Origin: a bacterium
Lineage (GTDB): Bacteria; Patescibacteriota; Minisyncoccia; Phycocordibacterales; UBA12088
Assembly (NCBI GenBank): GCA_003252295.1
Contig: QKEV01000004.1
Coordinates: 1-36,490 of the forward strand
DNA: 36,490 bases
Direction of reading: 5' to 3'
The position numbers and the translations under genes were made by a program. Under the pieces are notes generated by a model. It had not been told where the DNA came from and searched no databases. It saw only the letters and a program-made list of their open reading frames with translations. This document shows positions 12,626 to 23,536 of the stretch, piece after piece. How positions within the stretch are numbered: the first letter of the stretch is position 1; each line of letters opens with the position of its first letter.

Positions 12626-15463
12626 TTACTTCACCACAAGACTCACCATGCGACCCTTCACCACAATCTCGCGCACTACCTCCTTCCCTGCAAGGTGAGG
12701 CTTCACACCATCAACCTCCTTTGCCTTCTTCACGAGCTCGCTGTCCTCTGTATCAGGTGCCGCTTCAAAGGTACCACGCGTCTTGCCGTTCACCTGTACC
12801 GCAACGGTAACTGTTGCCGCTGCAAGTATACTCTCATCACACACTGGCCACTCCTCTAAGTGAATTGAGTCTGTTCCGCCTAGCTCTGACCACAGCTCCT
12901 CGGTGAGATGTGGCGCAAATGGTGCGAGCAGCTTCAAGAATGTTTTGTACTCTTCAGTACCTACCGACGTACGTTTCTCCATATCGTTTGTATGTATCAT
13001 GAGCTGGCTTATAGCAGTATTGAATGAGAAGTCTTGCACATCACGAGCAACTTTTTGTATGGTCTGATGCAGCACCAGTTCATTCATCTCACCATCATCA
13101 CTCACCTTTTCTTTGATGCCGTACACCTTTTCAAGGAAACGACGAGCACCGGTCATGTGGTCAGTTGACCATGCTATCGCCTGCACAAACGGACCCATGA
13201 ACATCTCATACACACGTAGCGTATCTGCACCAACGTTGTCTATCACGTCGTCTGGGTTGATAACATTACCCCAGCGCTTACTCATCTTTCGTCCATCCTC
13301 AGCCTGAATGAGCCCCACGGTGTAGAGTTTTTGGAACGGTTCTATATAGCTCACAGCTCCTATGTCGTAGAGCACTTTATGCCAAAAGCGTGAATAGATG
13401 AGGTGTCGTGTTGCATGCTCCATGCCTCCTACATACATGTCGACAGGAGACCAGTACTGCTCCTTTTTCTTGTCTACTAGCTCTTTATCGTTCTTTGGGT
13501 CAATGTAGCGCAAGTAGTACCATGATGAACCTGCCCACTGCGGCATGGTGTTCGTCTCACGCTTTCCCGGAGCTCCACACGTTGGACACGTAGTGTTCAC
13601 CCACCCTTCAATGTTCGCAAGTGGTGACTCACCGGTTCCCGTCGGCTCGTAGCTCTCAACATCAGGAAGAATGACAGGGAGATCCTCTTCTGGAACAGCA
13701 ACAGGACCACACTTTTCACAATGAATAATCGGAATAGGTTCACCCCAGTATCGCTGTCGAGAGAACACCCAGTCCTGCAAACGGTACTGAGTAGTGAGCT
13801 TACCGCCAGCATGCTTGGTTACTTTCTCTTTTGCTTCCTCTACCGTAAGCCCATCAAACTTTCCTGAGTTCATGAGAAAACCATAGCCAGGTAGTGCTTC
13901 ATCACGTTGCAACAAGCTCCACACTTGCTTTTGATGGTCAGGTATGAGCCTCTCAAGCACCTCAGACTCATCCACCCATACGAGCGTATGCTTCTTTGCT
14001 TCGTCCTCAGGAATCTCACCTTGATTCTTTACACTATCCACCTCAGCAAGAAATACATGAGCAATCGCAAGCCTGTTTTCTTTTTTATGTGATGCACAGT
14101 ATCTAGCAGCTGTAATCCATTCGAGTTTCTTTATGATTGTAACGCCGGCAAGTGCTGCTTCTTCCTCTATCTCAGCAAGTACAGCCTCCTCAGGAGTCTG
14201 CCCTTCCTCTATACCACCCATGATGGCAGTAGTAATACCTTCGAGTGTGCCATGCCAATCCAGGAGCGCATACTTACCCGTTTCTTTATCTTTCAAGTGA
14301 ACTATGACGGTGTCTCGCTTCACTTCAGTAAATCCTTCTTGTGGAGGATTGTTTGAGTCATCAGCACATGGCACCACTACCTGACGGATAGGAAGGTTGA
14401 ACTTTTTTGCAAACGCAAAGTCTCGTTCATCATGAGCTGGGACTGCCATGATGGCACCTGTACCGTAGGTAGCAAGTACGTAGTCAGCAAGGTAAACCGG
14501 TATCTCTTCATTGTTAACTGGGTTTACCGCATAGACACCATCAAGTACTACCCCTGTCTTCTCCTTCCCTTCTGCCGTACGTTCTATCTCTGTCTTCTTA
14601 GCAGTTTGCTCAATGTACACTTCAACCTCTTTTCTATTTGTAACTACTTCAAGAAAATCTGAAACAAAAGCATGCTCAGGAGCAAGTACCATGTACGTAG
14701 CACCAAAAAGTGTATCAGGTCGTGTCGTAAAGACCTCTATCTTCTTGTCACTATCTTTTACCGCAAAGGTGACCGACGCACCCTCACTGCGACCTATCCA
14801 GTTTCGCTGCATCTCCTTTACAGACTCAGACCAAGGCAAATCCTCAAGGTCCTCGAGCAGCCTGTCTGCATACTCAGTTATTTTGAGCACCCACTGTCGC
14901 ATTGGCTTCTTCTCTACTACGGTACCACAGCGCTCACACACGTTACCTTCAAGGTCTTCGTTTGCGAGTCCTGTCTTGCAGCTCGGACACCAGTTGATAG
15001 GTTCATGTGACTCAAACGCTAAACCACGCTCAAACATCTTCACGAACGCCCACTGCGTCCATTTGTAAAACTCAGGGTCAGTTGTGTTTATCTCTCTATC
15101 CCAGTCATAGTTAAAACCAATCTTTTCCAACTGCTCTTTGAAACGTGCCACGTTCTTCTTTACTGCTATTTCAGGATGCACCTTGTTCTTGATCGCATAG
15201 TTCTCAGCAGGAAGACCAAAAGCGTCCCACCCCATTGGATGCAGTACATTGCAGCCACTCATGGACTTGAAACGTGCGTACACATCTGTTGCAATGTACC
15301 CCTTCGGATGACCCACATGGAGCCCATCACCTGATGGGTACGGGAACATATCCATAATAAAGTACTTCTCCTTCCCCTCGTCTTCACGTGTTTTATACAG
15401 GGCGGTATCACTCCACTTCTTTTGCCACTTCTTTTCTATTGCTTTGTGATCGTATGATTTCAT
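12626..15463 (-). CDS. leuS: Leucine--tRNA ligase with an internal Nudix-like insertion
   Basis: PYPSGDGLHVGHPKGY (HIGH), TTRPDTLFGATY (CP1 editing domain), KMSKRWGNV (KMSKS). The track ORF starts at GTG 15484. I prefer ATG 15463 (MKSYDHKAIEKKWQKKW), which matches the usual LeuRS N-terminus. Confidence 0.9.
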   Translation of the reverse strand: MKSYDHKAIEKKWQKKWSDTALYKTREDEGKEKYFIMDMFPYPSGDGLHVGHPKGYIATDVYARFKSMSGCNVLHPMGWDAFGLPAENYAIKNKVHPEIAVKKNVARFKEQLEKIGFNYDWDREINTTDPEFYKWTQWAFVKMFERGLAFESHEPINWCPSCKTGLANEDLEGNVCERCGTVVEKKPMRQWVLKITEYADRLLEDLEDLPWSESVKEMQRNWIGRSEGASVTFAVKDSDKKIEVFTTRPDTLFGATYMVLAPEHAFVSDFLEVVTNRKEVEVYIEQTAKKTEIERTAEGKEKTGVVLDGVYAVNPVNNEEIPVYLADYVLATYGTGAIMAVPAHDERDFAFAKKFNLPIRQVVVPCADDSNNPPQEGFTEVKRDTVIVHLKDKETGKYALLDWHGTLEGITTAIMGGIEEGQTPEEAVLAEIEEEAALAGVTIIKKLEWITAARYCASHKKENRLAIAHVFLAEVDSVKNQGEIPEDEAKKHTLVWVDESEVLERLIPDHQKQVWSLLQRDEALPGYGFLMNSGKFDGLTVEEAKEKVTKHAGGKLTTQYRLQDWVFSRQRYWGEPIPIIHCEKCGPVAVPEEDLPVILPDVESYEPTGTGESPLANIEGWVNTTCPTCGAPGKRETNTMPQWAGSSWYYLRYIDPKNDKELVDKKKEQYWSPVDMYVGGMEHATRHLIYSRFWHKVLYDIGAVSYIEPFQKLYTVGLIQAEDGRKMSKRWGNVINPDDVIDNVGADTLRVYEMFMGPFVQAIAWSTDHMTGARRFLEKVYGIKEKVSDDGEMNELVLHQTIQKVARDVQDFSFNTAISQLMIHTNDMEKRTSVGTEEYKTFLKLLAPFAPHLTEELWSELGGTDSIHLEEWPVCDESILAAATVTVAVQVNGKTRGTFEAAPDTEDSELVKKAKEVDGVKPHLAGKEVVREIVVKGRMVSLVVK

Positions 15464-15552
15464 ATTTGCTACTGAGGATAACACCCCCTATTAATTGTCT
15501 AATACACTATATACTGTATATACGAGCAGCTACTCGTGCAAATAACTATACA

Positions 15553-16260
15553 ATGAATATAAAGAATCCCAAAAAGTACGAACATTTGTTTTTTGACCTT
15601 GATGACACGGTTACAAGGAGTCGCTCCCCTATTACAATAAAGATGAAGGAACGGATGCAAAAACTGCCTCAGACCATAGCTATCATCTCCGGAGCCAGTG
15701 TTGACCAGATACGTGCACAGGTTGGTGACGACCTCGAGTGCTTCTGCATGGGACAAACCGGCAACCATACTGTTTTTGGGGACAAGACGCTTTGGCAGGA
15801 TGTTTTGAATCCTGACAAGGTTATAGAGATCATGGACCACGTAGCAAAGTTTAAACTCCCATGGGATGTGCCGGATGAAAACGACCTTTTGGAAAACCGG
15901 GGTTCACAGATATCTTTCTCAATATACGGACACCATGCACCTACTGACGAGAAAGCTGCATTTGATCCTGATAGGAAGAAACGTGAACAGTTACTCAAGG
16001 AAAACCCATTTGATTCTGAAGATGTTGATGTAAAGATTGCAGGATCAACCTCCTTTGACTACATACGAAAAGGACGACACAAGGGGTACCAGATAGAGCG
16101 ACTCATTGAACGCATGGGTTGGGACAAGGATACCTGTCTCTACCTCGGAGATGCACTCTTTGAAGGTGGTAATGACTACTCTGTCGTAGGTGTTATAGAC
16201 ACCCTGCCAGTAAAAAACCATCTTGATACATACGAAAAACTCAAAGACTTTTTGCTGTAA
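15553..16260 (+). CDS. HAD-IIB hydrolase, phosphomannomutase-like
   Basis: FFDLDDTVT, ISGAS, STSFDY..KG..KG and LGDALFEGGNDYSV. The start is taken at ATG 15553, because the track start at 15388 overlaps leuS. Confidence 0.6.
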   Translation: MNIKNPKKYEHLFFDLDDTVTRSRSPITIKMKERMQKLPQTIAIISGASVDQIRAQVGDDLECFCMGQTGNHTVFGDKTLWQDVLNPDKVIEIMDHVAKFKLPWDVPDENDLLENRGSQISFSIYGHHAPTDEKAAFDPDRKKREQLLKENPFDSEDVDVKIAGSTSFDYIRKGRHKGYQIERLIERMGWDKDTCLYLGDALFEGGNDYSVVGVIDTLPVKNHLDTYEKLKDFLL

Positions 16261-16289
16261 CGTATAGCAAACTCTTTGACTTACACATT

Positions 16290-16319
16290 ATTCTGTTGTA
16301 TGGTAACAACAGAATTTTT
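16290..16319 (+). terminator. Rho-independent terminator
   Basis: ATTCTGTTGT - ATGGTA - ACAACAGAAT followed by TTTTGTTTT. Confidence 0.7.
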
Positions 16320-16351
16320 GTTTTGAACTTTTAAAAAATGAGGAAGAGATC

Positions 16352-16582
16352 ATGGAAACAGAAGACGAGCTCACCATCCTAAAAGAGTTTTGTTTGAGGT
16401 TCATACTACTTGCATTGTTTGCAGCTATAGTATTTGGCTTTGAGACACTTTTTATTGGCAGAGTTTCAAATTTTTCGGGATACGTTATGTATGCAATAAC
16501 TTTTCTTGCATGTATTAGAATTAAACCGTTTCTGATTAAACTTTTGTCGAAAATAACAAAGGAGGATGTTCAATGGCAATAG
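16352..16582 (+). CDS. Small hydrophobic protein (76 aa)
   Basis: ORF track, two hydrophobic segments. Overlaps the next ORF by 10 nt (translational coupling). Confidence 0.45.
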   Translation: METEDELTILKEFCLRFILLALFAAIVFGFETLFIGRVSNFSGYVMYAITFLACIRIKPFLIKLLSKITKEDVQWQ

Positions 16583-16809
16583 ATTTACTGACAAAAGAAA
16601 TGCTGTATGCGTTTGTATCTTTGATGCTTGATTTAGCAGCACTTGTAGTGGTTGGTTTGATATTTTGGGTCATAATTTCCATAGCGTCATATATTGAACT
16701 GGTCCTCATGAACTGCAACTGGTGTGTCATCACTATTTGCATCACCACACTCCTTTTGTTGTTCATTAAATACCCTGACCCCTTAAAAAGGTTACGGGAC
16801 AAACTGTAG
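16573..16809 (+). CDS. Small hydrophobic protein (78 aa)
   Basis: ORF track, two to three hydrophobic segments. AGGAGGATG lies upstream of the ATG. A terminator follows. Confidence 0.5.
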   Translation: MAIDLLTKEMLYAFVSLMLDLAALVVVGLIFWVIISIASYIELVLMNCNWCVITICITTLLLLFIKYPDPLKRLRDKL

Positions 16810-16811
16810 AC

Positions 16812-16843
16812 CTACCCCGCTGTTGTACTGGCGGGGTAGTTTT
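16812..16843 (+). terminator. Rho-independent terminator
   Basis: CTACCCCGC - loop - GCGGGGTAG followed by TTTT. Confidence 0.7.
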
Positions 16844-16927
16844 CTATTTGGAATTGACTTTGCTAATGGATACCTATATAAGGAGAAAAGAAAAACATTC
16901 AGATAAACTCAACTGAGAGGTGTACTA

Positions 16928-17320
16928 ATGAAAAAAATAATTCTTATGTTATTGCTTCCTAGCCTGGTACTGTACTCATGCGTGGCTCAAGGTTCAAACG
17001 ATATAACAGATGAGTATACTTCTGGAAATGCATACATCATCTTACCAACTGTTGTTGATAGGACAGATAAGACAATAACCATTGTGTACTTCCTTCAACA
17101 ACCGATTATGATGGGGTTCCAACATAAGGTTAAAAATGAACTTCTGAGCAACAAGGCAATAACCATCGCAACGGTCGTCTCAGGAACGATCTCACTCACT
17201 GTTACAAACACCTGTGAACAAAACGAAACACAGGTAAACAACTTTGTTGCCAGTATACTTAAAAGGTATTACAACAAGAAGACATTGGTTGTTATTGATC
17301 CTGACCTGTACCGTCACTAA
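16928..17320 (+). CDS. Putative lipoprotein
   Basis: Signal peptide MKKIILMLLLPSLVLYSC with a lipobox-like LYSC. GAGAGG lies upstream of the ATG. Confidence 0.6.
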   Translation: MKKIILMLLLPSLVLYSCVAQGSNDITDEYTSGNAYIILPTVVDRTDKTITIVYFLQQPIMMGFQHKVKNELLSNKAITIATVVSGTISLTVTNTCEQNETQVNNFVASILKRYYNKKTLVVIDPDLYRH

Positions 17321-17327
17321 CTCTGTT

Positions 17328-17366
17328 ACCCCTACTGATTGAAAACCGGTAGGGGTGCTGTTTTTT
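17328..17366. terminator. Terminator between convergent genes
   Basis: ACCCCTAC - loop - GTAGGGGT followed by GCTGTTTTTT. Confidence 0.65.
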
Positions 17367-17402
17367 ATTCATAATAATTAATAAAAATTGAGTATCTATT
17401 AA

Positions 17403-17627
17403 TTAGAGCGAGTCTAAAAAGACTCTGTTTTTATCCGGATCAAAGAAAACCCCTTCCCTATAATGAGAATACTTCTCATACCCAGGTACTGCATCAATAA
17501 CAACATCATCACTTGTCACAACCCAAAAGTGCCGAGTATCCTCACCGAGTCCTGGCCCCACCATCATTTGTGACCCAGGATTATTTTTGTAGTTTTTCCA
17601 TGCTTCACGTAAACATCTCTGCCTCAT
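17403..17627 (-). CDS. Hypothetical protein (74 aa)
   Basis: ORF track; 9 nt downstream of the 91-aa ORF on the same strand. Confidence 0.45.
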   Translation of the reverse strand: MRQRCLREAWKNYKNNPGSQMMVGPGLGEDTRHFWVVTSDDVVIDAVPGYEKYSHYREGVFFDPDKNRVFLDSL

Positions 17628-17636
17628 AAAAAAATT

Positions 17637-17912
17637 TTATGCAGTCCAGTGTTGCATAATGTCTCTATAATGAGTCGCGTTATCTACACCAAATAATTCC
17701 CTGCTTTTTGTATCGCTTATACTCTTCATTTCTTCAGTCATATTGTTCCAGTTTTCCCAAATTCGTTTCTGCTCATCTAATGTTGGTTCTTTATGAATTA
17801 ACTCAATACCAGTTTCAGCTCTCCAGAGATGGGGTGAATCCTTCAACAATATCTCTGCTTTTTCGGGATATATCTTTTTTATCTCTTCAACTGTGTACGG
17901 TCTTTGGTACAT
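17637..17912 (-). CDS. Hypothetical protein (91 aa)
   Basis: ORF track; no recognisable motifs. Confidence 0.45.
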   Translation of the reverse strand: MYQRPYTVEEIKKIYPEKAEILLKDSPHLWRAETGIELIHKEPTLDEQKRIWENWNNMTEEMKSISDTKSRELFGVDNATHYRDIMQHWTA

Positions 17913-18004
17913 GACTCTGTGTATATAATAAACAACAACTTTTAGTTACCCTTCAGTTTAAGTATAAATTCTGTGAAATACAATGCAGAAATACGCTAAA
18001 AATT

Positions 18005-18135
18005 CTCAGAGCGCAAAATCTTAGGATAGTTCAAGGTATTCAAAGAAAAACGACTGAACTGAAATGTATGGGTAATACTTTGAAAGAGGTTTTCTGTAGA
18101 ATACCGAAGAAATATTCAAGATTTTGCGCTCTGAG
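18005..18135. repeat. 131-bp element with perfect 18-bp terminal inverted repeats (MITE-like, or a structured ychF 3' UTR)
   Basis: CTCAGAGCGCAAAATCTT (18005-18022) is the exact reverse complement of AAGATTTTGCGCTCTGAG (18118-18135). The right end abuts the ychF stop codon. Confidence 0.6.
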
Positions 18136-19230
18136 TTAAATCTTAAAAATTATAACGTCACCGTCCTGAACTAAGTATTCCTTCCCCTCCAGTCTCAGTA
18201 ATCCCTTCTCTCTCGCCCCTGCATACCCTCCTTCACGCAGGAGTTCCTCACATCCTATCACCTCTGCACGTATAAACTTCTCCTCAAAGTCACCATGTAT
18301 CGCTGCTCCTGCCTGTGGTGCAGTTGAGTCTTTCTTTACCGTCCACGCCCTTGTCTCCGGTTCTCCTGTTGTAAAGTAAGTGATGAGACCGAGCATGTCG
18401 TATCCTGCACGTATGAGATCATTTATGCCATTATCAAGCACACCATACTCCTGACGAAACACTTCCTGATCCTCGTGAGCAAGTTCACGAAGCTCACCTT
18501 CGACATTCGCATCAACACAGACGTACTTTGCACCAGTCTCCTCAAAAAATTGCATGAGATCATGCCAGCGCTCATCGCTCTGCTCATCAAAGTTGTATCC
18601 ACCAGCTTTCTTGTTCAAAACGTAGAGTATTGGTTTTATGGTAATGAGACCAAGGAGCTTCAACACTTTTTGTTCGTCCTCATCAACGTTTGGTTTGAGT
18701 AGCTTCCCTGCCTCGAGGAGTTGTGTCGCTTTCTCGAGGACTGTCTTTTCTGCTATTGCCTGCTTATCACCACGCTTCACCTCTCGTTCAAGACCACCCA
18801 GTCGCTTCGTAACCGTCTGTAAATCAGCCATGATGAGCTCAAGGTTGATCACCTCTATATCTTCAAGAGGATTTACCGCACCATGCACATGAGTGATGTT
18901 CGTATCATCAAAAATACGCACCACTTCAGCTATTGCATCTGTCTCACGTATATTGCTCAAAAATTGATTGCCGAGCCCCTCACCTGCACTCGCACCTTTT
19001 ACGAGTCCTGCAATATCAACAAACTCCACCACTGCCGGAATGGTCTTTGCTGAGTGGCTCATCTCGCTCAAACGATCCAGCCGCGCATCAGGCACCGCAA
19101 CCACACCCACTGACGGGTCAATGGTACAGAATGGAAAGTTCTCTGCAGCAACCTGTTTTTCTGTGAGTGCATTAAAAAGCGTTGATTTACCAACATTTGG
19201 AAGACCTACAATTCCTACTGAAAGTGACAT
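18136..19230 (-). CDS. ychF: Redox-regulated ribosome-binding ATPase YchF
   Basis: VGIVGLPNVGKSTLFNALT (G1), a TGS-like C-terminus, typical 364-aa length. Confidence 0.9.
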   Translation of the reverse strand: MSLSVGIVGLPNVGKSTLFNALTEKQVAAENFPFCTIDPSVGVVAVPDARLDRLSEMSHSAKTIPAVVEFVDIAGLVKGASAGEGLGNQFLSNIRETDAIAEVVRIFDDTNITHVHGAVNPLEDIEVINLELIMADLQTVTKRLGGLEREVKRGDKQAIAEKTVLEKATQLLEAGKLLKPNVDEDEQKVLKLLGLITIKPILYVLNKKAGGYNFDEQSDERWHDLMQFFEETGAKYVCVDANVEGELRELAHEDQEVFRQEYGVLDNGINDLIRAGYDMLGLITYFTTGEPETRAWTVKKDSTAPQAGAAIHGDFEEKFIRAEVIGCEELLREGGYAGAREKGLLRLEGKEYLVQDGDVIIFKI

Positions 19231-19577
19231 AATGATGAGAAGTGTAGCAGGTTCTCAGTAAATTTGCGAATGTTTGACAAAAACAACCGGCTCGCTATGC
19301 TACAAATAGAACACGTAGCATATCTATCAACTATTTCAGATAGAGAAAGTAATGAATATAAAGGTAAAAAGAATTTTGTATGACCTATAGTATCTTGATC
19401 CAAGTCTTGCACGACTTACAGTAGGCATACTCATATCTACACTTCTTCTTCTCACATTAACACAAGAAGTACCCTGTTTGATACAAGAGGTCTGTGGTTG
19501 GTCATCTTTACTAGGTTCTATCTTGTATAGTTTTTACTTAAAAAGAGTGATTACTACTTTTTGAGGAGGTAAAGAAA

Positions 19578-19772
19578 ATGAATACCTGTAAAAAGTTTTT
19601 TATGGACCTTATCTGGCTTGACGTGAGCACAGCAAGAATTATTCTTCTACTCATTGTCGCAGCACTGCTCACCCCGATTATGAGTGCTGAGGTATTGCTT
19701 GAAACGAAAAAAAATCTGTCGGTAATACTTTCAGGAATCTGTTTAATGTGGGGTGCGTTCATTCGCATCTAA
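19578..19772 (+). CDS. Small membrane protein (64 aa)
   Basis: ORF track. GGAGG lies 8 nt upstream and a terminator follows directly. Two hydrophobic segments. Confidence 0.5.
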   Translation: MNTCKKFFMDLIWLDVSTARIILLLIVAALLTPIMSAEVLLETKKNLSVILSGICLMWGAFIRI

Positions 19773-19792
19773 CTACATTAAGTCAATACACA

Positions 19793-19822
19793 AGGACCCC
19801 TTTCGGGGTCCTGAGTTTTTTT
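19793..19822 (+). terminator. Rho-independent terminator
   Basis: AGGACCCC - TTTC - GGGGTCCT followed by GAGTTTTTTT. Confidence 0.75.
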
Positions 19823-19908
19823 ATTATTGACTATAAAATATATTAGGTTATAACTATAGCCAGAATTTATAAAAAAGTGTACTGACTACAAACATAGGAG
19901 AAAATGCT

Positions 19909-20247
19909 ATGACTGAAGAAAAGACAGAGCAACAAGCAGAAAAAATCAGTGATTTAGTTGCCCTCAAGTTTGAAAGTGAAGAACCATGGGCAAGACTCGG
20001 ACGGGTTAAGCTCACTGAAAAAAACTTTTTAGAACACGTCGACGCAATTGATCTTGAAGAACGTAAGTGGACACCAAAGAAAGAGAAATTCAAAATTGGT
20101 ATCGGATGTAGCACCTATCACTGCAGAAACAAAACTGAACTGGTTATTGGTATTTTTAACACCAATGACCCTGAAGAAATGGGTGCTATGGAAAAAACCA
20201 TCAAGATGATCATTCTTGATAGAACATTTGCTTTCTATCTTTCATGA
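19909..20247 (+). CDS. Hypothetical protein (112 aa), tandem paralog 1
   Basis: ORF track. AGGAG lies upstream. The stop overlaps the next start codon as ATGA. Confidence 0.55.
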   Translation: MTEEKTEQQAEKISDLVALKFESEEPWARLGRVKLTEKNFLEHVDAIDLEERKWTPKKEKFKIGIGCSTYHCRNKTELVIGIFNTNDPEEMGAMEKTIKMIILDRTFAFYLS

Positions 20248-20606
20248 GAGCCATACTCACGGAGGCAACCATGACACAAGTTAAAAATGAGTTGAAACAG
20301 GTACTTAGTCACAGACATGAAGATCTTGTAATACTCACCTACACTGAGAAGCGAGATGGTGTACAGGCAAAGCCGTTGGATATCAATCATCTCCCTACAG
20401 GTGTTTGCCTTGATTATGGGAGAGGTACATGGGGGGTTAAGGTGGACAGCAAAGGTACTACGATAACCTATACAATCGGCGAAAGCCACAAGATCACCAA
20501 TTGTCCAATCCCTGTTATTGGTATCTACGATGGGAACGACAGATCACACATGAGAACTTGTCTAAGTGATATACAGCAAGCTCTAGCTCTATTGGAAGGG
20601 CGGTAG
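20244..20606 (+). CDS. Hypothetical protein (120 aa), tandem paralog 2
   Basis: ORF track. IPVIGIYDGNDRSHM parallels ELVIGIFNTNDPEEM in the preceding ORF. An alternative start at MTQVK is possible. Confidence 0.55.
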   Translation: MRAILTEATMTQVKNELKQVLSHRHEDLVILTYTEKRDGVQAKPLDINHLPTGVCLDYGRGTWGVKVDSKGTTITYTIGESHKITNCPIPVIGIYDGNDRSHMRTCLSDIQQALALLEGR

Positions 20607-20627
20607 TAGCACACTTAGTAAAACCAT

Positions 20628-20656
20628 AAGGACCCTTTTTGGGGTCCTTAGTTTTT
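20628..20656. terminator. Terminator between convergent genes
   Basis: AAGGACCC - TTTTTG - GGGTCCTT followed by AGTTTTTT. Closely resembles the terminator at 19793. Confidence 0.7.
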
Positions 20657-20889
20657 TATCCTTGCATCGCCTCCTGCAGCTCCTTCTGATACTTCTTACT
20701 CACCTCCATCATGGCGAGCATCTGATCCTTTCCTTCTTTCTTAATCTTATGCTCCATCTCCTTACTCATTTTCACAAAGAGGTCTGGGTTATTCTCCAAG
20801 AGTCGCATTACCATTTCTTGCTGCTCCTTCGGCATATTTTTAAGCTGACGTTCAGCTGCTTTTTTTATGAGAAAATTTTTTACTGACAT
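20656..20889 (-). CDS. Small charged hypothetical protein (77 aa), last gene of the atp transcription unit
   Basis: ORF track; Lys/Glu-rich and helical-looking. Confidence 0.45.
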   Translation of the reverse strand: MSVKNFLIKKAAERQLKNMPKEQQEMVMRLLENNPDLFVKMSKEMEHKIKKEGKDQMLAMMEVSKKYQKELQEAMQG

Positions 20890-20927
20890 AGTTTTTTCTA
20901 TTAGATACTTATGAATGACTATCTCTA

Positions 20928-21161
20928 CTAGAGTAACACAGCCACACGATCTTTCGTAACCTCGAGCATACCGCTTGCAACTTCATGAGTAAATATTTCT
21001 TCAGAATCTTTTTTCACAACAAGCCGTCCTTCACGAAGTGCGGTTACAAGTGGTACATGATTCGGTAGAACAGTGAGCTCACCTTCAGCACCAGGAATCA
21101 CTACAGCATCAGCCTCGCCGCTCCAAATAATACCGTTTACTTTGACAATGTGTACCTGCAT
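20928..21161 (-). CDS. atpC: F1 ATP synthase epsilon subunit, N-terminal beta-sandwich only
   Basis: Position after atpD. G.L.VLPNH.PL...L..G block. Only 77 aa. Confidence 0.8.
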   Translation of the reverse strand: MQVHIVKVNGIIWSGEADAVVIPGAEGELTVLPNHVPLVTALREGRLVVKKDSEEIFTHEVASGMLEVTKDRVAVLL

Positions 21162-21176
21162 ACGTACTAAGCAATA

Positions 21177-23533
<2,357 letters not shown>

Positions 23534-23536
23534 GTT

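Noticed and set aside
12604-15068. Plus-strand ORFs inside leuS (for example 12604-12810, 12611-12859, 14613-15068 and 14672-15010).
   Set aside because: They are antisense shadows of a strongly conserved gene and have low-complexity Ser/Pro/Leu-rich products.
15388-15552. An N-terminal 55-aa extension of the HAD-IIB ORF that overlaps the leuS start.
   Set aside because: The extension is hydrophobic or low-complexity and overlaps leuS coding sequence on the opposite strand. The conserved HAD motif I (FFDLDDT) lies 15 aa after the internal ATG at 15553.
19231-19577. The long (~350-nt) ychF upstream intergenic region as a possible ncRNA or small-ORF locus. It contains 28-aa and 12-aa ORFs and two 7-bp hairpins.
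   Set aside because: It has only weak, short stems and no terminator. The mini-ORFs lack an SD and have no distinctive composition. It is probably divergent promoter space, which I cannot support as a feature.
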